A stretch of 64,000 bases of DNA from positions 310,001-374,000 of the forward strand of contig JBEWZL010000243.1 in NCBI GenBank assembly GCA_045837725.1, read 5' to 3'. The number at the start of each line of letters is the position of its first letter. Within the stretch, counting starts at the first letter, position 1. Positions 16,258 through 27,775 of this stretch are shown in pieces. The stretch is from Vermamoeba vermiformis. Lineage: Eukaryota. A model generated the notes under the pieces. That model worked only from the letters and a program-made list of their open reading frames with translations, was not told the DNA's origin and did no database searches. A program made the translations under genes and the position numbers.

Positions 16258-17585
16258 ATGGAAGCGGTATGTTTTTAATAGTGTAGTTGGTACTGGTGTA
16301 TTTTTTGGTGAACTCATCTGCGGTCAATTATTCAGATCTGATTTTACAACTCTCCAATAATACTAACAATATTTTTAATATCACTAATAACATTACATTA
16401 TTTCGTTATTCGGTTATTGCGTAATAATTTTAGAGCAGAATAAATATTTTATTAATTGTCAAACTGGATTAGGCTGTGAAGGCAATTGTTGGCGTTAGCC
16501 TCGCAGTACCCGGCCTCAGAGCATTATACAAAACCATAGGAAAATACGGAAGTATCCAAAGAGCAGCTAGATACGCCCAAATTAAAACTGCAGCGACAGA
16601 TCCAACTTTCCTCAAGGTCGTTACAAAAGAAAAGCGAGCACTTTATTATTGGCGATGGGGCAGAGCTATTAACACTATCAAATACAATTATGCATATTTC
16701 TGGGAGTACAACGAACAACTGCGAAGAGAAACTAACTACGGCAGTGGCTTTATGTACTTCTCTGGTCCTCGTGGTACAATTCACGTAAGATCATCTTCGT
16801 ATGCGATGATTTATGTATTAATGCGCCGTCCATGTTATAGACTGAAATCGATTACGGTATATTTAATGCTGACTACGCGCATCCGATTTATGGTAGCGGT
16901 AAATGGACACCGTTATATACGCCACGCAGACCTTATGTAGGAAAATGGAGACTTAAGGCAATTGGTACGTGATGACTTGCATAACAATACACCACATTAT
17001 TATTTTTCCAATTACAATCGATTTTGTGGATGTGCTGATCTGACTCGTATTGTAACAGAGGGTGCCGAACAAGAGGAGATGGAAAGACTTCAAGAAGAAG
17101 AAGAGGCCAAGAAACAAGAGAACGCCGATCCATTGCTCGCTCCTGGCTTGGCTTTCATGGCAAAGATGAACCAAGAAGAAGCTGTGCTCGTGCTCGGTCT
17201 AGCACAAAAGTAAGTTGACTGACGCCCCTCACTACCTTGCACATATATACAAGGTCCCTTCTAGTCGCGATATTGCAGTTACTCACACTCATTTGATGAT
17301 AACAGTGACATGCACAATGAACGCAAAATTAAGAATGCGTATAAAAAGGCCATGTTTGCCAATCACCCTGACAAAGGTGGCAGCAAGTATATTGCTCTCA
17401 AGTTGAGCGAGGCCAAGGACTATCTGCTGGCTACTATTGACTCGAGGAAGGAAAATGAAAACGCTGAGGAAGCTGCTGCGGCTGCTGCTGCCGAGGCCGA
17501 GAGAGAAGGTGACAAGAGCAAGGGCGACGCTAAAGGCGACGGCAAGGGTGATACCAAGAAGAAGGGAGGTCCTAAACGACGATAA
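16258..17585 (+). CDS. J-domain protein with Pam18/Tim14 (DNAJC15/19)-type C-terminal J domain and long N-terminal region
   Basis: Spliced product contains KMNQEEAVLVLGL...KIKNAYKKAMFANHPDKGGSKYIALKLSEAKDYL (intact HPD). Introns ~16267-16472, 16785-16840, 16965-17058, 17210-17305. Confidence 0.8.
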
Positions 17586-17914
17586 GCGTTGCATACATAA
17601 TGTTCATTTTGTACAGTTCGGTAAACAAAACAATTTTGGCGGATTTAGCCGTTGCGAAGCATTGCACCAATTCCTTATAGGGCTGCAAGTGTTCATTCGT
17701 ACGTAGATGGCTTAGCTTTGTTAAAACGACGTTTTTATTTAGTCTTTTTGATGTACAAAAGGATCTTTATTGATCCGTACTAATTTCGTAATTAAATAAT
17801 AATAACATTATATTTTACAATTGTCCGATTAAAAATGGCACGTGTTCTAATAATCTAGAACGCGATAAATAAATTAACGTGAGAAAAGGCGAAAGAACCG
17901 GTCATTTTTCGCGC

Positions 17915-19458
17915 TTAGAAGCCCGAACCTTCCAAAGCCTTGTGCAGAATGATGTTCTTGACTGCATTGAACACAAACTTAATGTTCTGAGTGTCAGTGG
18001 CACAAGTGATGTGAGGATAGATTTGCTTAGCGTCGGGCCTCTTGTTGAGCGAGATAAACTTCTGCGTGATGAAAGCGGATGCCTTGTCGAAGTCCAATCC
18101 ACCCTTGTACTCATCGAAGCAGACCTTCAAATCGACTCTCTTGATCTTTTCGCGGAAGATATCCGATTTGTTCAAGAAGAGAATGATAGAGACGGCTTCG
18201 AACCACTTGCTGTTGCAAATCTCGTCAAAGAGCTTGATGGATTCGTGCATGCGGTTAACAGACTCGTCTTCGTAGAGCTTCAAGTCGTATTCGCTCATAG
18301 CGACGCAGAAAATGACAGCGGTAACGCTCTATAGTAAGAGTGAGGTATTAGCTCCGTACACCGCAAATTGAACCTGAAATTTTACCTCGAAGCAATGAAT
18401 CCACTTCTTGCGCTCACTACGTTGACCACCGACGTCAACCATGCGGAACTTGGTGCTATCCACCTCGAACTCAGTCTCGGTAATACCGGTAGTCTTGGAA
18501 CGAGCACGAAGGACGTCTTGAACGTCGGGATTGTAGTCTTTAGCAGAGATTCGATCAATGTCGTTAAAGAAGCTTTGCGATATTATCAGTAAAGATTATA
18601 AAACAACAAATGTAATCACTTACTAAGCAGCGGAATCGAGCAACTGGAATTTAGCGGATTGGTCGAAAGCAGCTTTAATACCGGAATCCGCCCACAAAGC
18701 TTTAATATCTCGTCCGATTTCGGGAGTTACTTCGAAAGGATATGTATTGAGTGCCATAATTCGTTGAGCAGGTTCCTATTCAGTTCGAAAGGTTAGCGGA
18801 GTCAAACCCACATCAGATTATCAAAAAAAGAAACCGTTGCACAACCCAAAAAGTGTCAGTTTGAATTAAATAATTTTGGGATATATGTGCCGATAAAATT
18901 TCATATTGGTCATGTTGGTAAATAATTTCGTAAAGGGTTGACCGTTTGATGCGCGAAGATTCCGTAAAACCCCAATTAAATGGGGTTGATAATTACCTCT
19001 GCTGGTTTTTCAATATTACAGCCGTATTTAGGACAAGCCTCGATAAGAGTTTTCATAGATGACACAATATTGGAGTAGATAATCTCTTTGTATTGCAATC
19101 TCTCGTCCGCAGTAAAGCCATCCAAGTAAATATTCTTCATTTGCTTGGCAATAGTGCTTTTGCCAGACTCACCAGCGCCTATATAATATTATTTAATTAG
19201 TTGCCCAATAAGCATATCTATTGACAATTAAAGAATGCTCGTAACGTAAATCCTGCATTCATTCATTAATTATAAAAATTCTCCCTGTCCCAATATTTTC
19301 CTTGAATAATTCGAGCATATAAACTTACCTAACAATAACAATTTAACTTCGGAGTCATAATCCTTTCTGTCTTGTTTCAATTGAGATTCGATCTGGCGAG
19401 CCTTTTGTCTCTCCTCCTTTTCCACAGCAGTTTGGTTCGTGCTATTACAGACACCCAT
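17915..19458 (-). CDS. Heterotrimeric G protein alpha subunit
   Basis: MGVC N-terminus (myristoyl/palmitoyl), [50 protein letters not shown]. Confidence 0.96.
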
Positions 19459-19998
19459 TGTTGTACAGGCAAGCCGCAACTCGATAAAGGTACCGTGTGT
19501 GTTTGTTTCGAACGAAAAGTTAGAATGAAGAGAAAACCGTCTGCTGAAAAAAGTCCCGAGTCTCAGTTTGGTACAAATCCCGCTCGATAGACCGACGAGT
19601 TAGCGGCGGAAGTTCCAGTAGCCAATAACAAGGTGAAGACGTTGAGGTTTGGAATAATACGAGTATTAAATAAAATTATTTATAATTCCTAGTTGGAGGT
19701 TAAAAATAGAACATCGGAACGAAGAAGTAATAGCCTGATTAGGTTTTGCACTTAGGGACGTCCACTAGCGGAGTCTTAATCAATTTAGAGTAATGGAAGA
19801 GCGCCGAAACCTCCATTACCGCCCTTATTACTGTACCGGATCGAGGCTCAACTCCGCGCCATTAGTTTGTTGCTACTTAAATGCAAATAGTAAGCAATAC
19901 GAATAGTGAAATATAATTCTGGTGATTGAGTGCAGTTATTTTTGACACTTAAAGTGTTTCGCGTTTTTTTGCTTGCCAGATCGTGCGCATCACCACAA

Positions 19999-21641
19999 AT
20001 GAACAAGAGTTTCTTATCAAAGAAGAGCTGGCATACTGGTACTCTTCGTAATCAAGAGGTAAGTCATTTCGTTATTGCTCATCTGCCGAAAGAACTTGTA
20101 TCTAATATCCGTTGCTTTTCTAGAAAGTATGGCTTGCCGAACAACGCGAACAAGATGAGAGAAAGCGCATAGCTCAATTGCAAAAGGAGTTGCAGGAACA
20201 ACGACAGATTGAAGAGTTAAAGAAACTTCACGGAGATGCAGTAAGCGGGGCAACGACAACGAGAAGGTAAATAATATTGTTGATATTATTTTGGCTAACG
20301 ATATTGCCTAAAGCTACGATAATACATGATTTATTATCGGTGGTAATAATTTTCCATTTTTATATTGACAATTTGTGGCATATTTAATTATTTAATGATC
20401 AATTACCATTCAAAATAAATTATAAGCATACTAATATATTTTTATCACAAAGACAAGAGAAGTTGGATTGGATGTACTCCGAACCCATCTCAGCGGGTCC
20501 CTCGACAGAAGACTACATGACAGGCACTAAATTCAAAGAGAGCGCGGAAGAAGATCCGACCAAGCAGCTTGACAAGAAACCAGGCTCGTTGTGGATTAAC
20601 GACCCTAAGAACGCAGCAAATGACATGATCCAAAAACTACGTGACGATCCAATGTTGGCGATCGAACGAGAACGAAGAAAAAACCGCGAGGCGATTAAAG
20701 ACAATCCACTTAAGATGAAAGAAATGCGCGATATGATTTCGAAATTAAAAGAAAACAAAAAATCAGACAAGAAGAAGCACAAAAAGCACAAAAAACACAA
20801 AAAAGACGGCGCCAGTGATCGCGAAGACAGTCCTAAAGCTGACCGAGGCCGCACTGATAGCACCGATAAGAAGAGATCTGCATCACCTGAACGCACTTCT
20901 CGTCGTTCAAAGTCCCGTTCTCGCTCACGTGATCGCACCAGTCCTCGACGCGACTCAACACGACGAGACCGCAGCAGAAGTCGTGAAAGAAATGGTGACA
21001 GCCGAGCTGCACGTCGAAGCAGAAGTCCCGCGAGACGTGATCGCAGTCGAAGCCCTGTGCGACGAGACAGAAGTCCAGCCAGACGCGATAGAAGTCACAG
21101 TCCTGCACGCAAAGACAGAAGTCGCAGTCCCGTGCGTCGTGATAGAAGTCCGCGACGTGATCGTAGTAGAAGCCCTGCTCGTCGTGACAGAAGCCGCAGT
21201 CCTGTGCGCCGTAACAGAAGTCGCAGCCCTCGTCGTGATCGCAGTCGTAGCCCTGCGCGACGTGACAGAAGTCCAGCCAGGCGTGATAGAAGTCGCAGTC
21301 GTAGTCCTCGACGTGACACTAATGGCAACAACAGCCGCAAACGAAAGCACTCGCAGATGAGTGACAGCGAGCGACAACAATTGCTCGAACAGATGAAGCG
21401 TGACGCAGAAGCACATGCCGAGCAGAGAGTTAAGCGCATTAAATTAGACGAAGAAGAGACTAAGCGCGATGAATCAAGCCGTGCTACTGCAGAGGATCAG
21501 ATCGCACCTGAATTTATCAGCAAGATGGGTCAATCTGTTTACAACGATAAGACCACTGCCTCACTTGAAGATCGTGTGAAGCGCAATCAATTCTACTTGC
21601 AGAAGAGAGGTCTCGAAGATCGCGGTATGTTAAATAAATAA
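19999..21641 (+). CDS. CWC25: Pre-mRNA splicing factor CWC25 with RS-rich domain
   Basis: N-terminal Cir_N motif FLSKKSWHTGTLRNQEKVWLAEQ, LDWMY, KLRDDPMLAI, C-terminal SLEDRVKRN; introns ~20059-20123 and 20267-20451. Confidence 0.9.
21010..21320 (+). repeat. Degenerate coding tandem repeat encoding RRDRSRSP(A/V) units
   Basis: About a dozen consecutive RRDRS(RS)P variants within CWC25. Confidence 0.85.
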
Positions 21642-21692
21642 AGATCATGTAAATTTTCAGCGGAACAGTTTGTACAATTTATTTTCTATATA

Positions 21693-23353
21693 TTACATTG
21701 CGTTCAATTTGTTTGACTCAGAATCGGATTTTTTGAATGCAGGATAAGGCTCGGTGAGGACATTTTTCAACATCCAGGCCCAACAGAACCTGACGCCTTC
21801 AATTGATATGTGAATTCTACTCGGCCTAGTGGAGACACTGATGTTAGTGACGGGACCGTAGGGCTCAATGTTGATATTGCTGTTTTTGGGATCTTTTTTG
21901 ACGGCGTAACTGAACAGGTCGAATAAGAATTGGCGCGTCATTTCAAAGTCGAGATCCGCTCTCTTTACGGGCTGGTTCGCTCGTTCAATAGAACATTCGC
22001 CGAGATGGGTTATCTTCACTTCTAAATAGCGCCATTTCCAGGAACCACGTCGCGCGTAGCGCTCGTGATTTGAAGACAAAGTAACGCTTGCTATTGGCAC
22101 TATCCTGTTCATCTTCAAAGAATTAACACTCAGTCTTGGCTCGAAAGCAGTAGTTTGCCTAATTAGGAAATGATTAGAACTGATGTGGGTGTCAAGTTAA
22201 CAGGGCGTACCACGGAGCTGGTCCTGATTGCAACCGACCAGTTCTATGATTGGCGAAGAAGAACTTGCTATATAAACACGTTTCATCGTTAAATAAGGCA
22301 CTCAACTCTTTGATGAACAGTTTGAGCATTTTTTCACGGTGAACTGTCAGCTCTTCAACGACCTTCTTGCTTTTGTCTCGTCGAATAAACTTTTCTAGAG
22401 TATAAACTAGTGTAATAAAACAACTGTTAATATAAAAAATACGGGTTCAATCAACGAACCTTGCTTTTCATCAATAGCGTAACAGGCCGTAAAAAATAAC
22501 ACTTGTTCTAACCAAGGTCGGCTGTTATCCACTGCCGGTTTTTCGGTCAATTCAAATGTGTGCTTCTTATCACTGAGCAGTATTTTCTTCAGATTGTGAT
22601 ACACTTTCAACGGATACTTGGTCTGAATCTTGCGCTTGTTTAGGCCAGATGTAGTCCAACGGAGATTTCCTTCATCGTCCAGTTCGAGTTTAGACTGGTT
22701 GGACCCTCCAAGACATTGCATTACTGTTATACAATGACTTGCACTCGTATTTAATGACGGCAGTGCCTCTTGTATTGTTTTTTCTAAGAATTCGTGTAGG
22801 AGGCCGAAGCGGGCGTTGGATCTTGCGTAACTGGCGTCGTGCTCTTTGTAGACCAGGTGCTCGAAGGTACCATCAGTGCGTGTTATTATCATCATTCCAT
22901 CGTCATAAGGAGAGTCTCTTTGCCTTGGACGACGGGTTGGTTTTGGATCCTCCGTTGGTGTAACACGACCACACAGAATGTCCTCGAGGTGAGTAATAAA
23001 TGGCGGTATATCGCTTATTCTTGCGAATTCAGCTTCGTACCAGTACAGCTTGTGTTCAGAAGTACGTTTGAAGCCAAAGTGAAGAAATCTTCCTTTGTGA
23101 ATCACGAGGGCACGGTTGCCTTGGAAGTGAGCTGAGCTCTGAGCTGTAATTGTTGGGTGAAATAGGTACCCGTGAAGTTGTTTATACCAGTACGTGCATG
23201 TCAGGGTTAAAGCACAAGCTGTCGTCCAATTTAATTGTTGCAAGATCAGTCTAAGCACATCCGCAGGTAGCACTCCGATAGCTGCATTAAAATTGTCACA
23301 ATTTGGAAAAAAATAACACAAGGCGAATTTATATTAACCGTTTCGTCCAACAT
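21693..23353 (-). CDS. F-box protein with uncharacterised C-terminal region
   Basis: F-box motif IGVLPADVLRLILQQLNWTTACALTLTCTYWYKQL near the N-terminus; ORFs 22407-23321 and 21693-22118 appear joinable via introns; start ATG 23353 is tentative. Confidence 0.65.
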
Positions 23354-23856
23354 ACGACCTTCCAATATTTTATTAAACTAAATCAAACCGTAATTGTACA
23401 TACCAAAGTCCATTTCTCAGTGGGGTAATAATTGTGCATTACCTGAAGGACTTGTTGTTGATAGTCACTGACCTTGAAATAATTATTGCATTAAATGTTG
23501 TTACGTTGTGACGCGTGCGAATTAGCGCAGAAAAGAATGACACAAAATTGGAGACGCAAGGTGAATTGGCACGTGTCAATAAGATTTACCAATTATAGAT
23601 TCTTGGTGAATCGACAAACGAGACTACAAAACCACAAGTCTTTCGTCGCTATTAAAAACAATAATCATGATCGTTCACCGATGTGGGTGGATCCTGGCGC
23701 TTATTGCACGCGCATTTATCAGCACGACCAACAGTCTAGTGAGAAAAAAGATACAAGATATTTATGCGTTCAATTTACATTTTACACTTTATCTAACTAG
23801 GACCTTTTTTGCCGTTAGAATTGAGAGTAACTTCTCTTAATAATACAATTCTACGA

Positions 23857-24758
23857 TTAATCACTGTCACTTTCCGAATCACTCTCGGCGCTGCTGCTAT
23901 CACTGGCTTTTTTCTGTTTGGCAGGTGCAGACTTTCCCTTGTAAATGTCTTCAAATCCCTTATCCTTGCCAGCGTAGTTGTTTGCCTTGATTTCAATGGA
24001 TTTCAACGTATTCTTTGTCTTCGTCGTGGATCCCACTTACAAAAATGAATTAATTTGTCGGCAAATAGTTCAGAATGATCGCCACTTACTCTCACCAAAG
24101 AAATCCAACTTGAGTTGGTAATATAAACCACTGGAAAGCTTGCCAACCGAAGTAAGGGTTCCTTCAATGTTTGTCTTAACAAGATCCTTCACGTTGTAGT
24201 TACCATTTGTCTTCTCGAAAAATGCAACCCATTCTTCCCAACACATGTCCCAATGCATTCCATGTGCGATCCATTCCCTGTCATGTGATATTAGTATCGT
24301 GAGATCGTGATCTGTGACTTTAGTACTTTGGTAATGCGGTTGCATTGTCAATGATCACTTTTGTAACTACGTGAGCAGTTGGTGATTTCCCACACAACAC
24401 AAAGCATATTCCTTCCAATTTGACGGCAAATAGGCCCAAAGGAACTGAACTATCGCGAGAGTCGGCCATGATCTTTTCCTTCCCGTATTTTTGAAATACT
24501 TCGTGGAGCGATGTTTTTCCAAGCTCGATGCCATGAAGAGGGAATAAATTGAGTTCTAGAAATATAAATCGGTAATTAGAATCCGAGTTTTTTGAATTAG
24601 GAAAAAAGGGTCTAACTGATTCCTTCAGTTAGTTGATCGAATCATATCATCAAGTAAGTTATTTAGGGTCAGACTTTACATCTCCTAGGAGAAGAGGTTT
24701 CGTCTCGTTAACGAATCGCGATGTACAAAGCATTGCTCGCGTGCCTACCTTTGCTCAT
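23857..24758 (-). CDS. Uncharacterised ~200 aa protein (LFPLHGIELGKTSL ... LPKEWIAHGMHWDMCWEEWVAFF ... NTLKSIEIKA)
   Basis: ATG 24758 (MSKE); frame-consistent GT-AG introns at ~24556-24748, ~24278-24326 and ~24035-24087; acidic Ser-rich tail; TAA 23857-23859. Only partly seen in the ORF track. Confidence 0.7.
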
Positions 24759-24987
24759 ACTGTTCTGAGTATCAATGAGGAAGGTGTTGTTGCCGATGAT
24801 CGCACAAGAGAAGGTATAATAAAGCAATTTGATTCCCGCACTTTTAAACAGGTGACAGGCCTGTAAATTACCCGGTCATGAGACAAATCACAAACTGGAT
24901 TCCCCTTTTTTTTTTGCTGTTAGGAAATTTAAAGCTTGGGTACGGCCAAACAACCATATTATTGACGTTACTAGAGTAGACAGACAA

Positions 24988-27626
24988 CTATTTGCTAGTA
25001 TTGATACCCAAGTCTTGCAAAAATGCGTCGGAATTCGGTTCTCGGCCCAAAAATTTGAGCAACATTTGCGTGCCCGGCAACATGGCACAAGGCTCCAAAA
25101 TATCTTTGCGGAACTTCATACCGAGCTCCGGGTCGAGAGGACCATTCGGGCCACGTGCCTTGAACTGCGCGTACAAATCTTTAGCAAAGACTTCGCTCCA
25201 CAAGTAGCCGTAGTAGCCTGCATTGTAGCCTGTTGTCATGTGCAGCCACGAGGCCCATGGTGCGCTGCCCATTGTGTGTGGCACACCGGGCACGTGCTTG
25301 GCACGCAGTTCGAGCCACGTGGTCTCCAAGTCCAAAGCACTGCCACCGGGGCTGTGAAGAGTCAAGTCAAACGAACTCATGAAAATCAGTCCTACGGCAA
25401 CAAGTCAGAAAATATTGACATTAGAAGCAAGGTGAATGGTGCGTACTTCTGTGACCATAAGCAGCATTGGCTGACTTGGTTCTAACGAGGTTTTGGATCA
25501 ACTCGTCAGGCAAGGGCTTGCCGGTCTCATAGTGCCCTGAAATACGATTCAACACGGCTGATTCATAGACCCAGTTCTCGAGCATCATCGAGGGCACTTC
25601 GAGGAAATCTACGCGCAAGTTAGATCATTGTGACACGTGTCATCAAGTGTCACTTTGCGTACCTTGTTCAACAGCACTCCACGTCCAGTTGAGTCGCAGA
25701 TATTTGCTGTCAGAAAGAATGCTGTGCATCACGTGACCGAACTCGTGGAAGAATGTGCGCACTTCAGAGAACTTGAGCAGCGAGGGCTTGTCGGAGGTAG
25801 GTTTGGTAAAGTTTGTTATCATCGCGCTTGCTGCACGAACACTTTTCGAAGTTACATTAGTACATCTTATCCATAAAAGGAAATACTTACCGTTTGCCTT
25901 CGTCGTTAGTGTGGGCTACAATGACAGGGAAACAAGCTGCGTGCGAGTATTTGCCTTGACGCGGGAACAAGTCCAAGTAAAAGTGACCCAAGAAGTGATC
26001 GGGCTGTTGCTTGTCAAACACGGAATATCTTTGCACATCTGCGTGCCAGGTACGTGCACCTTCATCGTGTTCGAATTTGAGGCTACAAAAAAAAATCGTT
26101 AAGGCCATAAAAATACCTAGTATCAAAATAAGATCTGAGGTACCCTAAGATCTCCTGATAGACGTCAAGCACGCCCTTGACAACTGTTTGCAGCGGGAAA
26201 TATTGACGCACGAGCTCATCGTCGACATTGTATTCGGTCTTCAAGAGCTTCTTTTGATAATACAACACATCCCACGGGTTCAAATGATCAACAGGCTCGT
26301 TCTTAGCTTTGGCTTTGAGTGACTTGAGCTTGTTCAGTTCTTGTTGGTACAGCGGATCTAGCTTGACTGACAAGTCCTCCAAGAATCTGGACAATAGGAA
26401 CTGATTAAATAGAACTCAACAAGGTAATATCGTTACTTTTTCGTGGTCGGAATATCTTTGGCCATTTTGATTGTGAGCATAAAAGACGCATCGCTGTCGT
26501 ACCCCAGCAACTCTGCGGCTTCTAAAAAAGGAAATTTATCAGTGACACGTGTCAAAGTACTCGAGTCACCACGCACCTTGTCTCAACTGCAGTACTTGTT
26601 TGAGAATAGGCACATTAGCCTCCTTGCACTTGTTGCTGTTCACTGCGTCCATCTTGCGTCTCGTTTCCTCGTTGTCAGCAGTCTCGAGTATAGGATAGAG
26701 ATCGGGGTATCGCAAGCTGACGAGGTAATGGCCGTTGTCATCTTTCGGCAAGTTGTTGATAAAGTCATCAGGCAGACCGGCCAATTCTTCTTTCTACATT
26801 CAATGTTAATCTAAGGGACTCGTGTTGTGTTTTTTGACGTACAGTGAATGGCACTTTGGTGTCGACTTCGTAGAGATTTGAATTGTATTGCAATGACAAG
26901 TCGCTGATCTTCTTGCGCAATGCGGTGAACATTTCTGCGAATGAAATTCAAGTCAGTTACTTTGCTTTACTAATTCTTCACGGACCTCTTTTTTCAGCGG
27001 ACAAGCTGAGGCCGTTGCGCTCAAAGTCTTCGAGGTACTTGAACAATACACGCTGCTCCTCGCTGCCCAAACCATTGGCCTCATCTTTGCACTGGACCAC
27101 GGCCTTGTACAAATGTTCGTCGCTGTAAAGTTCAATCAAAAAATCTTCGTATTTCTTCTTGGCTTGAGTAGCTGCATTGCGTAGTTCTTTGTCGGTGCTG
27201 ACAAGTGCTGCGTGATTTAGACGCGTGGCACGCATTTGAGCACTGCCTAATATGGCGTCGAGGCACGTGACTGTCGCCTTGAAGTTGTGCGACGGAGATT
27301 TCACCAGCTTGGACAATTTCTAATAGGGCAAAATTAATTTCGTTGTACTTATTAATAATTATCACCAGAATTACAGGCCTGTACGGTGGGTAAATGGATT
27401 CGGAAATTAGGAAATTTGGAAAAATAAAACTTTTTAAAATAGTCAGATGATTTGAATAGCTACTAAAAAGACATCAAATTATTTGGTGCATGTGCCATAT
27501 TTTAAAATATTATTTGACGATTTTTACCTCTTTAGTGTCATTCAGGACCGCATCTATTCCAGTAGTAATATCTGCTTCGGTCCAATTATAGTCTAAGGTA
27601 TTGGTAAAGTCGTTCTTATGAGACAT
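24988..27626 (-). CDS. M3A metallopeptidase (thimet oligopeptidase/neurolysin family)
   Basis: FYLDLFPRQGKYSHAACF, zinc motif TFFHEFGHVMH (~25733-25747), VEQDFLEVPSMMLENWVY, GYNAGYYGYLWSEVFA, FLGREPNSDAFL. Confidence 0.94.
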
Positions 27627-27775
27627 TCTCCTAGTTAATGTTGAAAACAATCTGCGCGTGACTGTTCTAATCATTACAAATTAAACAACTGAATTTTCCA
27701 CCCTCACAAGCACCAAATTATGCGTATTATTAAATGAATTTTTATTGTACACTATATTATCGCTAACAAATAGGT

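Noticed and set aside
21010-21320. Repeat array resembling CRISPR or satellite DNA
   Set aside because: Repeats vary at synonymous positions and encode the RS domain of CWC25; there are no spacers.
23400-23850. Short ORFs 23495-23800 and 23809-24048
   Set aside because: No motifs or convincing splice context; likely intergenic DNA or antisense to the 23857-24758 gene.
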